Shown here in pieces: positions 1 through 9,783 of a stretch of DNA of 26,141 nt (within the stretch, counting starts at the first letter, position 1; each line of letters begins with the position of its first letter). The position numbers and the translations under genes were made by a program. Origin of the DNA: Macrostomum lignano (lineage: Eukaryota). Where the stretch lies: positions 331,333 through 357,473 of the forward strand of contig NIVC01001103.1 in the NCBI GenBank assembly GCA_002269645.1, written 5' to 3'. Below the pieces are notes generated by a model, which saw only the letters and a list, made by a program, of their open reading frames with translations, ran no database searches and was not told the origin of the DNA.

Positions 1-428
1 CAGTTAGTGCTGATATAACAAGACAGTAATTCCAGCACTTGCTTGTTTAATATTTTAGTGCTGTATTTAACATACAGTGAGCTGACGAATCGATCTGGAG
101 CTTTGCCACTAACTACGATGTATGCATACAATGCATGTACTCAGCATCTAGCAAGACTGCTGTTTCCGGTTGTCCTTCAAGCTGGTATGCACAAGCTTAA
201 CGAGACTTTGCATAATCATGACTGTGCAAAGGACTGCATAACTGATAGCTGGCTCTGTTTCCAGGTTGGATACTGAATTGAAGAAATATTTTATGCAACT
301 GAATTTGAACCAGCCAACGCAGTCAAGTGCAGATCTTAGAGATGGTCGAAAATTTCATGGCAGCAACAGTTCACGCTCTTGCCAACAAATAGCCCACCGA
401 AGTTAGGCCTGCCCATCTTCTAAGAGGG

Positions 429-556
429 ACGAGCTACAGAAGGGTTGGGGTGCCAGCTACAGAAGGGTTGGGGCGCCAGTACAGAAGGGTTGGGGCGCCA
501 GCTACAGAAGGGTTGGGGCGCCAGCTACAGAAGGGTTGGGGCGCCAGCTACAGAAG
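429..556 (+). repeat. 23-bp minisatellite, ~5.5 copies (GCCAGCTACAGAAGGGTTGGGGC)
   Basis: Units start at ~429, 452, 475 (1-nt deletion), 497, 520 and 543 (partial). Confidence 0.95.
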
Positions 557-754
557 CTGGCTGCAACGAGCTGCTTATCAGTAAGCGCAGGGGCGCAGGG
601 AGCCGGATTCCAAGGGTCCATCTTGAAGAAAGTAAAATAAGGAGATGGCAGCTAGCAGAAAACAGAAGTTTTGCTGAGCTTTGCTTATGTGCCGGTTTCC
701 AGTACGAGCATAGCGTTATACACAAATAACAACATGTAAATGTAATAAAACATA

Positions 755-2796
755 ACTGCTTCGCTTGCTGCGGAGCAGACGGTCCCGCTGATGCGGCAAG
801 CGCAGAAATCGCAGCCTGTCTGGCAGAGCGACCCGACCATCAGGCAGGCGCACTCAGGCAGTGACGCTGAAGACGCGTTTGAGCGCTTTCTAGACGAGCA
901 GCAGCAAGCCGCTATCGACAACACCGTCCGGACCATCACTGCAGCCGGCCCCGAAGTGAAGAGCCGTGCAGTTTGGACAGCCTTTCGGACTCTAACGCCA
1001 CGGGTGCAGAAAGCCCGTGGCACTGAATCTGGTCGGTGACACCCCGGAGGAGCGCAGGAATGAATTGCGCGACTTCTTCGCCGGCATCGTGAACGCGCCT
1101 GCGTCGCCGCTGCCCACTAGCTTTTCGCTCCCACTGGACACGCCACTCCCAGCTGAGGAGGACTTCTGCACAAGCCCAGTCACCAAGGAGGACGTTGTGC
1201 TGTTCGCTCGATAATCACCAGGCGGCAAGGCGCTCGGCTCCGCTGTGTGGCCTCCCACGTGCTCGCCGGCGCCCCTGCATCCACCGAGTGGACTGTCGCG
1301 CACATCGTGCCGATCCCGAAAAAGGCAGGGACAACGCGGAAAGAAGACCACCGCGGGATCTCGCTGATGTCCTGCACCGCGAAGCTCTTCAACCGGCTGC
1401 TGCTCGATCGTCTGCAGTCTGTACTGGTCGTTTTCGCGTCCGCCAGAAGGGCATCTTGCTCGCCGGGGCGGGCCGCGAACCCTCTTGGGCAGCCAAACAG
1501 GATGTTGTTGCTCGGTGTCACGTGCTCCGCAGTCCGGGCACACGTCGGAGTCGGACAGGCCGAGCCGGAATCTGGTGGCGGCGGCGAGGTTGCTGCAGCC
1601 GGCACGGAGCTGGTTGACCAGGACCTCTAGTCTCCTCGGGAGGGCTGGGAGCTTTGGCCACGAGCGTTGCGGCCCCAAAGCTCGAGATCTAGTTTTCGTC
1701 TTTTGGCATGGCATCCAGGTAAGCACTGGCTGTCATGAGGGGCGCGTCATGATTGCTCTGATCAGCGGTCGCCAATCTAGCCGCCCTGTCTGCGCGTTCA
1801 TTCATGGGGATGCCGCAGTGAGCCGGGATCCAGGTGATGCGGATGGAGTGTCCGTTACTCTGGTTCCAAATTTCGGATACGAGCCGGCTGTTGCTGCGCT
1901 GGCCCGCCATGATGCTGTGAATGGCCGCCTGGGAGTCGGTGAAAATGTCGATACATTGATGTTCTCTAGTATTCTGAATGGCCAGCAGGATGGCTTGTAG
2001 CTCTGCCTGGGTGCTGCTGCAGATATTCCCTGCAGCGCTGGTGACGACCCGGCCCCAGGATGGAGTGATGATCACCGCTGTAGTCGGTCCAGACGCTAAT
2101 CGGGTGGGAGCCGCGCTCCTCGAGGTACCTCAGTGCTGTTGCGCTGCGGAGAGCGCCGTTCCTCTTCGTGCTGCTGCTGGACTGGGTTCACCTACCTCGG
2201 CGGTCTGGTACTCCACGTGGTGAAAGTCCTCCGGCGGCGCAGAGGACTTGCCTGGGCGACCTTCCGTTCGATCCGAGCCGTCCCTCAGTCCGAAGCGCTG
2301 CCCGACCGCCAGACAGCTCGGCTATGGTAGGCGATGGTCGAAACCATCCTGCTATACAACGCCGAGACGTGGACGCTGACGGCTACGCTAGAGCGGCAGC
2401 TGGACTCGGCACACTCAGGGCTGCTCCGTGCGGCCTTTCGAGCTGACGAGAGCGTCGAGACCGAGGCCCTGTACGATCGGGCCAAGCTGCGGCGCCCGTC
2501 CATCATCCTGCGCCGGCGGCGACTTCAACTGGCGGGCCACGTGATCCGGGCCGAGGGCTACTGCCCCAACCTGTTCAGGACGTCCTGCTGCTCACCTTGC
2601 AGGGTCCGTTCAGGCGGGGTCAGGCCCGACCCCGTCGATATGTGGACTGCCTGCTATGCGAAGCAGGGGCGCCCGACACTGCCAATGGGCGAACTTTGTC
2701 CGTTCTCAGGATCTGCGGCGCTCCATCTGACGCGCCCTGCTCTCACTGGGACGCTGCATGCGAGCTGTGTATTTTGTTTGTGCTGTTGTTTGTTTT
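755..2796 (+). mobile_element. Decayed, 5'-truncated RTE-like non-LTR retrotransposon (copy 1), interrupted by an antisense LINE fragment
   Basis: Fragments across frames: EERRNELRDFFAG, WTVAHIVPIPKK..DHRGISLMSCTAKLFNRLLLDRL, LFVLLLDW, FTYLG, ETILLYNAETWTL, RRRRLQLAGHVIRAE. Stop at 2728-2730, then a (TG/TTG)-rich tail to ~2796. The YADD region is deleted (~2187). Clade assignment comes from motif recall only. Confidence 0.85.
1428..2151 (-). mobile_element. 5'-truncated I-group-like LINE fragment (RNase H + C-terminal Cys motif) nested in RTE copy 1
   Basis: SVWTD, QAELQAI, IFTDSQAAI, WIPAHCGIPMNERAD, LVNQLRAG, CPDCGARD. The right TSD copy is at 2152-2165; its 3' end has been removed by a deletion. 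Confidence 0.85.
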
Positions 2797-4115
2797 ACAG
2801 TGCCAATTCAGAAAAGGCCTTAATAACGAGTGCGTCCTTCGCGAGCAAGACAGAAATTCTTCGCGGCATCCCCGGAATGAGGCACCGCAAAAATCTTGAG
2901 GAAGACTTTTGGCGCAGGCCTGGCGCAGTTTCATGACATTGTGTGGCTCTTTACACTCTCAAAGGAAGGTCCGATAGAAGCTACTTACTGGCGCAAAGGG
3001 CGGCGACTTCAATGTAATTGAGTATAGCTAAAGATTATACCGGAAAAAATCATTAAAGATTTTAAGACGAGTATAAACTCCTCCGATTGATTTTAACAAA
3101 AAACCTCACACTCGGCAATATGTTAAAGTGTCCACCCCAAGTTAAATTGGTCAACAAATGTGAGCTTTAATCCAACTCTTGCCAAAACTCACCAGCCTAA
3201 GCCAGGGCCTTGTGACGCAAATCACTCCACATGGTTGAGACGAGAACCGCAGGCGTGGCGTGAATTGCGGCACTTGGGGCTGACGCCTGAGAGAAGTTGA
3301 CCAGTGGTTCAGGGTGGAGACTTGGTGGGTGCAAACTGAATAAAGAGCGTACGTACCTAACGGTGGAAAAGTTTCTGTACCAGAAATTGATAATTCGTCT
3401 GAATGTTTTCCTTTGCTTCAGTTTCTCGCTTGGATGCCCTATGGATATCGAAAACTGATCGGCTCCTGAGTCCGCGACGTTGAGCTTTTTAATCGCTTTT
3501 AATAACCGAGTGCTCACTGCTTCAGATGAGTTCCAAGGATTTTAGAGTGATGAACTGTTCATCATCGGGCTCGTGTGAATTCGAGATGCAACAGAATGAA
3601 GATCTTTCTGTCATCCGTGTGATTCCTTCGATTTTCTCTGAATGATAAGCAGGTATCCGGTCCGGTCTGAATGATAAGCTTGTCTTAAATTTAATCGCTC
3701 AAAATCCATTCACTGAGCCTACCTCATTTGGATTCCAAGTTGCGCAAAAAATCAAGCCAAATGAACAAAAATAATGAATAAGAAACTGACAGATGGCGAT
3801 CCCACCATGCAGTTATACGAAGAGCGTAATATAAGAAGTCGAGAGAGTAGCAATTTATTCAATAAAAATTTCAATTTACTGATTGGCAACTGTCAGAGAA
3901 GCATGCAGAATGGGTATTGAGCTACTTGAGTAAACTAAATTAGTGGCCATATATTTGTCTAAATGAACTCTTGGCCCACAACTCATTGAGCACCGCAAAC
4001 TAAGCAGTAGATAGAGTTCAATCAAGGCAGATTGATTAAACGGTAGAAAAATCACCCAGGAAAAGGAAAAAGAAAAGGAAAGCTAGAAAAACATCTTGAA
4101 TTTGCATCATTGTGT

Positions 4116-4470
4116 AGTATTGCTTTTGTCAGCCTAACTGAGAACAAAGCCACCCAAAATGAGAATCCTGCCTACGCTGACTGCGAGGGCCTGGCTGCGT
4201 GCAGCCTTAGTCTATGGGCCATAGACAATAAAGGACAAGCAAAGTGATAAAAAGCCATCCAATGTGAGAATCGATTGGTCTATGTGTCGTATTATTTTAT
4301 TTTTATACCTTCTGAGGTTCTGAGCTATATGACTAGCCAATCCTAGCTTATCCTTTATAGTCTATGGCTCATAGACCAGGCTGGACGCAGCCAGGCCCTT
4401 CGCATTCAGCGTAGGCAGGATTCTCACTTTGGATGGCTCCATTCTCAGTTAGGCTGACAAAACCAATACT
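4116..4470. mobile_element. Foldback/MITE-like element with ~125-bp imperfect inverted arms
   Basis: 4116-4240 matches the reverse complement of 4346-4470 with ~14 differences (~89%). The spacer is ~105 bp. No clear TSD was seen. Confidence 0.8.
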
Positions 4471-4779
4471 TAATCTTCTAATATCTGTGAAAAACCATTA
4501 TGGTGGCACAATTGAAACAGCTTTCAAACCATTCCACCAAAACTGAGTTATAGAATTCCAGTTTGTACTGCGTTTGTACTACTTGTCATTTACATGTACG
4601 CGAAGTGGGTCTGAACGGCAGAAAGCAACCATTTTCCTTGTAAATTAAAACTGAGCTAATTTTTTCATAATTTAACCAAACTTGGCCACTGGATCAGCTA
4701 GTAGTATAGTTAGAATAGTGAGCAATATTGAGTAAGCAATGCATGGTTAGCATTATTGAAATCATCCTAGTAAGAGCGT

Positions 4780-5014
4780 CTAAGACTCCAGCGAGTCCAC
4801 AATTTTCTGCAGGGATTCTACAGCTGCCTTCGCTGTCGGCCTGGAGTCTGGGGTGCCGCTCCAGCAGCTCTCCATCAGGTCCCACAGCTGGTCGGGCTGG
4901 TCGGACATGTTGGGCAGCCGCGTCGGCCTGCAGTCCAGGGCGCCGGCGAGCAGGATGGCTCCGACACTGGGCATGATCTCGACGTACTCCGGGTGGCGCT
5001 TGCCCGTGCCTTCG
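4780..5014 (-). CDS. DSTYK: Exon 7 (kinase C-lobe end, TAG stop)
   Basis: Acceptor CACAG at 5015; reads FEGTGKRHPEY...RPTRLP...LMESCW...DSLES*. Confidence 0.88.
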
Positions 5015-8000
5015 CTGTGGATTTAAATCAATGGCATCTCGCATCAATGGCTCGAGAATCTCTGCTTGCTCGTCCGCTACCTCAGGGCTACCGGGTGAGG
5101 TGGTCACCCACCTCTTGGACTCTCCAGGGCGACTGCGCTGCAAGACATCTGGCATTCCAACTGTCTGCAGCGGCCCCTCAGGCAGTGTAGAATTCCTTAC
5201 GAGCTGTTACCCCCTAATAATAATTTACCCCCTTACCTAATAACATCGCGCAAATCTTTTTTGAACTTACAAAAGATACCAAAGAGCGATTCCAAGACTG
5301 AAGACGTCCGCGCTCGTGTGGTAGCTCTCGCCTCGGACCAGCTCAGGCGCAAGGTAGATTGGCGTTCCAACTAAGGTTCGGTTTACAAAGCCTGTACTCT
5401 TCATGAGTCCGAAGTCCGACAGCTTCACTTGTCTTAAATCCTCACTCACCTGAGGGTTTGTAAGGGTTTGTGGGCTGTTAAAATCATAAAAACAGTCGGT
5501 CCACTCTAAAAAAATGCTTACGAGGACGTTGGCGAGTTTCACGTCTCTGTGAATCAGCTCGCTCGAGTGAAGGAACTGAAGGGCCTTCGCCAGCTCCAAG
5601 CCGATCTTCAGGCGCTGTCGAACGGGCAGCCTGTGGCGCTGCATCAGATTCCAGGCGTCGCAGCACATCAGCTCCATGTAGATCTCTACTGTCCATCGCT
5701 TCTCATCAGATTTGCTTTTGTGGAGCCTCACGCCGACTACGTGAACGAGATTTTCATGCTTGAGAACGCTGGAATGTAACAACTTCTCATGCTATTATGA
5801 GAACTAGAAGTTATGCGATCGAAATATGTGTACTATATCTACTCAAGTATAGTAACTTACCTGCTGTGGTACACTTCAGTTGCGATATCGTCAAGACTAG
5901 GCTCGTCGGATACGATTCTCTTGGCCGCTAGCGCTGGCTCTCCGCTCTCGTTCAAAACTCGGAACACCTCACCTTGAGCTCCGGATCCGAGATTTCCTTC
6001 CGTGTCGATACGGAACCCGCGGTACTTGTACTTGGAGATAACATCCATCGTAAGCATATGCAGTCGAGCAACTCGCGGGTATAGAGTCTTGATCTCGGAT
6101 CGCTCCTTCTCGGTCAGCTTCATACAGCTTTCGACTAGTTGCTCCGATGAAGCAATGTTGTCAAGAAACTCACTGTGACACATTTCAAACCATTCTATCA
6201 GCGCAGTGATGAGACACTCGACAAGATTTTCTTTGCTCATTGCCTCTACAAATAAATAAGTCAAAAAATTAATTGTACACTGTGCGAACTACTTCGACCG
6301 TCTTTTCCATAGGAAAGAAACTGCAATGTCTGAAAAATACACTAAGTGTACTTACCCACATACTTTTCTGCCTGATATTCCTTCCAGTTTGGATCCTGGA
6401 TCGGTTTCGAGATTGAAAAAACGAGCCGTGGATTTTTAAATATATGTTTCACAAACGTTTTTATCCTGATTATTATATATTTTAAACAACCCGGTCTGAC
6501 TTCCTCTGGGGACAACGAGTAGCCCACGAGCAGGGTCTTCTTCAACACCTGGTACGTAGGCGTCTGTTTCACATTCTTCTCGTACTCTGCGACTACCTGC
6601 TTCAAACGATCGAACTCGTTTTGGCATGTCCTTAGAGCGCCATCTTTGAGGAAGTCGCAGAATGACGCAATTATTCTGTCGTTGATGAGAGCACGAATCT
6701 CATCGACGCACTTCTTCTCAATGTCTTTCCGAGACATATCGGCGGTAATCACTGACTCCGAGTACTTCAGCGCTCTGACTTCGTCGAGAATGAGCGGCTT
6801 TCTTTCGGCGAAGAATAGACCTGCTTGTCTCAACAGCTCGTCTCGATTTTTCTCCACGATGCTCTTAGACTGCTTGTGGATCTCCTGCTCCAGGCTCTTG
6901 ATTTGGTAGAGCGCCTTCTTCTTGCGCAAGTTTGACTCTTTGATGTTGGTGGCCTTGTCCATGAACAGTGTGAGAATCTCGCTTTGAATGCGCCTCAGGC
7001 CGCCACCAGAACTCACGATGAGGTTTCGAAATTGATCCTGAGCGAACTTGAGAATTCTCGTCTTGACCTCCTCGAATCGTCTGACCCACTTTGAATTCTC
7101 CATCTCCTTGAGAGCTTTAGGGTCGAGCTTGTTCTTCTTGATCATGAGTTCCTTTTTGCGACGGAATCCCCTTACTTTCCAACACGAGACGCAAAGAAAC
7201 TTGCTGCATTTCTCTTTGGTTTCATTCGGGCTGATGCATTTGAGACTCTGCAGCTTGGAGAAGACGCGCTCGGCCTTCTCTTCTTCAATCTCCTGCGCTG
7301 TTTGATTGGCTTCCTGCTCTGTGTCTTTCGAGACATCCATCTTAGTGACAAGATAGAACACCTCAGCTCCCAGCACCGTTTGCTTAATTCTTGTTAAGTC
7401 GTTTTGGACCTGCAGTTTTAGTAGTTCGGTGGAAGAATAAAATGTCAACAGAATTGCTAACAGAAATATACTGCATGGGGCCTTCTCTGGATTCCTTTCA
7501 CACCAATTATTATTAATGATCACAGATTGTACGATAGTGGCGAGCTGCAATACATTGTTAGAAGTCGGAAATTTTTATTAGAACTCACGGCAACGGTGAT
7601 GCCCGTGTTCGAGTCGATGACGTAGATGATGATCGGTAGAAACGAGTCGATTGCTCCCAGCGTCAGCGAGTCCAGAGACGAGTTCTCGTTCAGTCCTGGC
7701 GAGTCGATGATGTCGATGCCGTGTCGCAGGAACTCGCACTTGATGCCGGCCTCGACAGTCGAGCTGATGAGCTCTTTATTCTCGCGGTCCTTGTCCTTCA
7801 GCTTGACGAGGTCCTCCTCGATTGTCGGCTTCTCGAGGTACTGGACGTCTCCGATCTGCTCGCCGGTCTTGGATCGCACGAGCACGTAGATTCGGTCGGA
7901 GTAGGTGAGCCGGGTGACTCGGGCGGTGCACGGGGACTGCGACTGGGCCACGAAGGTGCCGCCTGCAAGTATCGAGCACATTTTACATTATGAAATTACG

Positions 8001-8753
8001 CTCGTTCCTGGTTTTTCTGGCTCAGAGGTTCTCATCAGCTGCCGGATTTTCTTTCAAGTGGAATCTAAGCAGCAAAACTAAGCTTGCTGTGTGTACAGTG
8101 ATTTCTACGAATTTAAAAAAAATTCAGTTCTCATGTGAGAAGAATATTAATCTATCTGTTTGGCAGGAGTGAAAATGGTATTAAATTTTTTAATAATGCT
8201 GATCAATGCATCGGGAGTTTTTTGAATGTGATATCAACTTATTGGGTGAATTTCCATTGAGAGAAAAGAAATTAAACTTCAATTATATCACACATACTAC
8301 TGTAATCTAACAATTCGTGGTTCCTATTGAGCAGATCTAAATGGATTTTATGGATACAAGCTTGAGAAATGACAAAAAACATTGACAGCGCTGACATGGA
8401 CAGAATTTTATTTAACAAAAGTTAAACAGCTGCTCACCCAGAAGTTCATTGATGAAGGAGCTCTTGCCCGACTTGGTCTGTCCAACAATGATGATGCACG
8501 GCTTGCTGCTGTCACTGGAACCCGTCTGGTTGCCCCTGTACAGCTGGTTGACCTTTTGTCTCACGGGTTCAAATTTTAGCGACTCTTTCAATTTTGCCGA
8601 GAATTCCGGAGACAAAGCCTTCGAAAAGCTTTCCGTTAACAGTCTCTGCGTAGTGTCCAGGTGCTCTTTGATCAGGTCCCGGTTGCTTCGGAACTCGGCG
8701 ATCTCCTCGTCCAGAAAGCCGATCGGCTGCGCCTCCGCTTGCGGGATGGCCAT
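4780..8753 (-). CDS. DSTYK: 7-exon gene: N-terminal dynamin-like GTPase + helical region + C-terminal protein kinase, DSTYK (Dusty/RIPK5)-like; 2790 nt, 929 aa
   Basis: Exons join in phase at GT-AG sites. GTPase motifs GQTKSGKS, PCTARVT, DSPG, TKMD. Kinase motifs GSGAQGEV, AAK, HRDVKLAN, DFG, GTPIYLAPE, WYL, RPTRLP..WDLMESCW resemble recalled DSTYK motifs (DIKLKN, VGTPIHMAPE, RPERLP..WQLMEACW). Orthology is not proven. Confidence 0.8.
5271..5449 (-). CDS. DSTYK: Exon 6 (DFG, APE)
   Basis: Acceptor CTCAG at 5450, donor GTAAG at 5270. Confidence 0.88.
5522..5768 (-). CDS. DSTYK: Exon 5 (HRD catalytic loop)
   Basis: Acceptor TTCCAG at 5769, donor GTAAG at 5521. Confidence 0.88.
5861..6245 (-). 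CDS. DSTYK: Exon 4 (Gly-rich loop, catalytic Lys, alphaC Glu)
   Basis: Acceptor TGTAG at 6246, donor GTAAG at 5860. Confidence 0.88.
6356..7409 (-). CDS. DSTYK: Exon 3 (G4 TKMD, long helical region)
   Basis: Acceptor CTGCAG at 7410, donor GTAAG at 6355; open 1054 nt. Confidence 0.82.
7589..7962 (-). CDS. DSTYK: Exon 2 (G2 Thr, G3 DSPG)
   Basis: Acceptor TTGCAG at 7963, donor GTGAG at 7588; 374 nt keeps the frame. Confidence 0.88.
8438..8753 (-). CDS. DSTYK: Exon 1 (start codon, G1 P-loop GQTKSGKS)
   Basis: ATG in a GCCGCCATGG context; donor G|GTGAG at 8437; phase 1. Confidence 0.8.
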
Positions 8754-8759
8754 GGCGGC
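8750..8759 (-). promoter_or_regulatory. Consensus Kozak context GCCGCCATGG at the kinase-gene start
   Basis: Read directly from the minus strand. Confidence 0.65.
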
Positions 8760-9783
8760 TTTTTTGCAGCTTCAAGTCTCGGTTTGGGGCGCACAGAGAG
8801 CCACGCGTCTTTGACACTTCTTGTAGCCTGGAGAGGCAGTGCTTTGTATTCGAGCCCTCGTACGCAGCCAAAAGTGTCTGCCCTACTCCCTGGCCACTCC
8901 AGTGTACGCTTGGCTGGCTGGGTGCGCTGCTGCGAAGGCTTCTCTCTTCGAGCATTGGCCTTCGTTTATGTGGAGTTTAGGCGGAGTATAATTCAAACTC
9001 CGCTTCTGCACACCAGATTGCTCGAGGCCGCGTCGTTCACGATGCAGTTCAATTGCAAAAAAGATGGAAAATTAGCCTTTGCATCTGTTAGAATGGGTGG
9101 GGCGCCAGATACAAAAGGGTTGGATGCGCGTTGGCTGCGTACCTGGTCCTCTGGCAGCTGTTGAGACGCATTTCTGCATTCAATTCAAATAGCCGAAAAT
9201 TGAGAATTTTAACAAAACATGAAACAAAGCAAAACAAAGAATTTGAATGCTTTGTTGAGCTCTACATGAATATCAATTTGAAGCTTTTAAGTTGGCCAAT
9301 TTATTAGCAGACTTTTAGAAAGTCGTTTTTTACGATTACCTACTTGTTTTGGCCAGCAGAACTTTTCTTTCATCGAAAAAACAAGGAGGCACCTGTACAC
9401 TAGGTTGAAGGAACATTGATTAGAACGATCTGCTATGTGGGATCGTCTGCTGGTTTGCAAACACTGTTGCGAGAGTGAGCAATTTGAATTATGCCAGTCT
9501 GACTTTAGACAATCGACTAGCAATCTAATGCGGCCCCCCGAAGGGAGGATGGGGCGCCCAATAAGCAAGGAGCAAAAATAGTTCATAGAAAGAAATTAAA
9601 AAAGCACATTTTTCTTAAACACCAATTCCTTCTTCAGTTTTAAAAATCACTTTATTCATGTAAAATTGTCACGGACAATGATAAGTGCTATACATCTCTT
9701 TTTTTCTAAAGTTAACAAACAGACAACAAAATATAGCTTTCACAAAGATAACAGACATTCCCGCTAAATAAAAAATATTCCCA

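Noticed and set aside
990-1215. Apparently higher divergence of the RTE 5' part between copies as proof of a chimeric crossover
   Set aside because: About 14 differences in 215 bp is similar to some intergenic stretches (for example 3000-3200), so there is no clear step.
3197-3517. 106-aa ORF, also open in copy 2 (23595-23960)
   Set aside because: Starts at GTG, has no recognisable motif, is closed just upstream, and the paralogues differ by many non-synonymous changes (IGHP vs KWHL).
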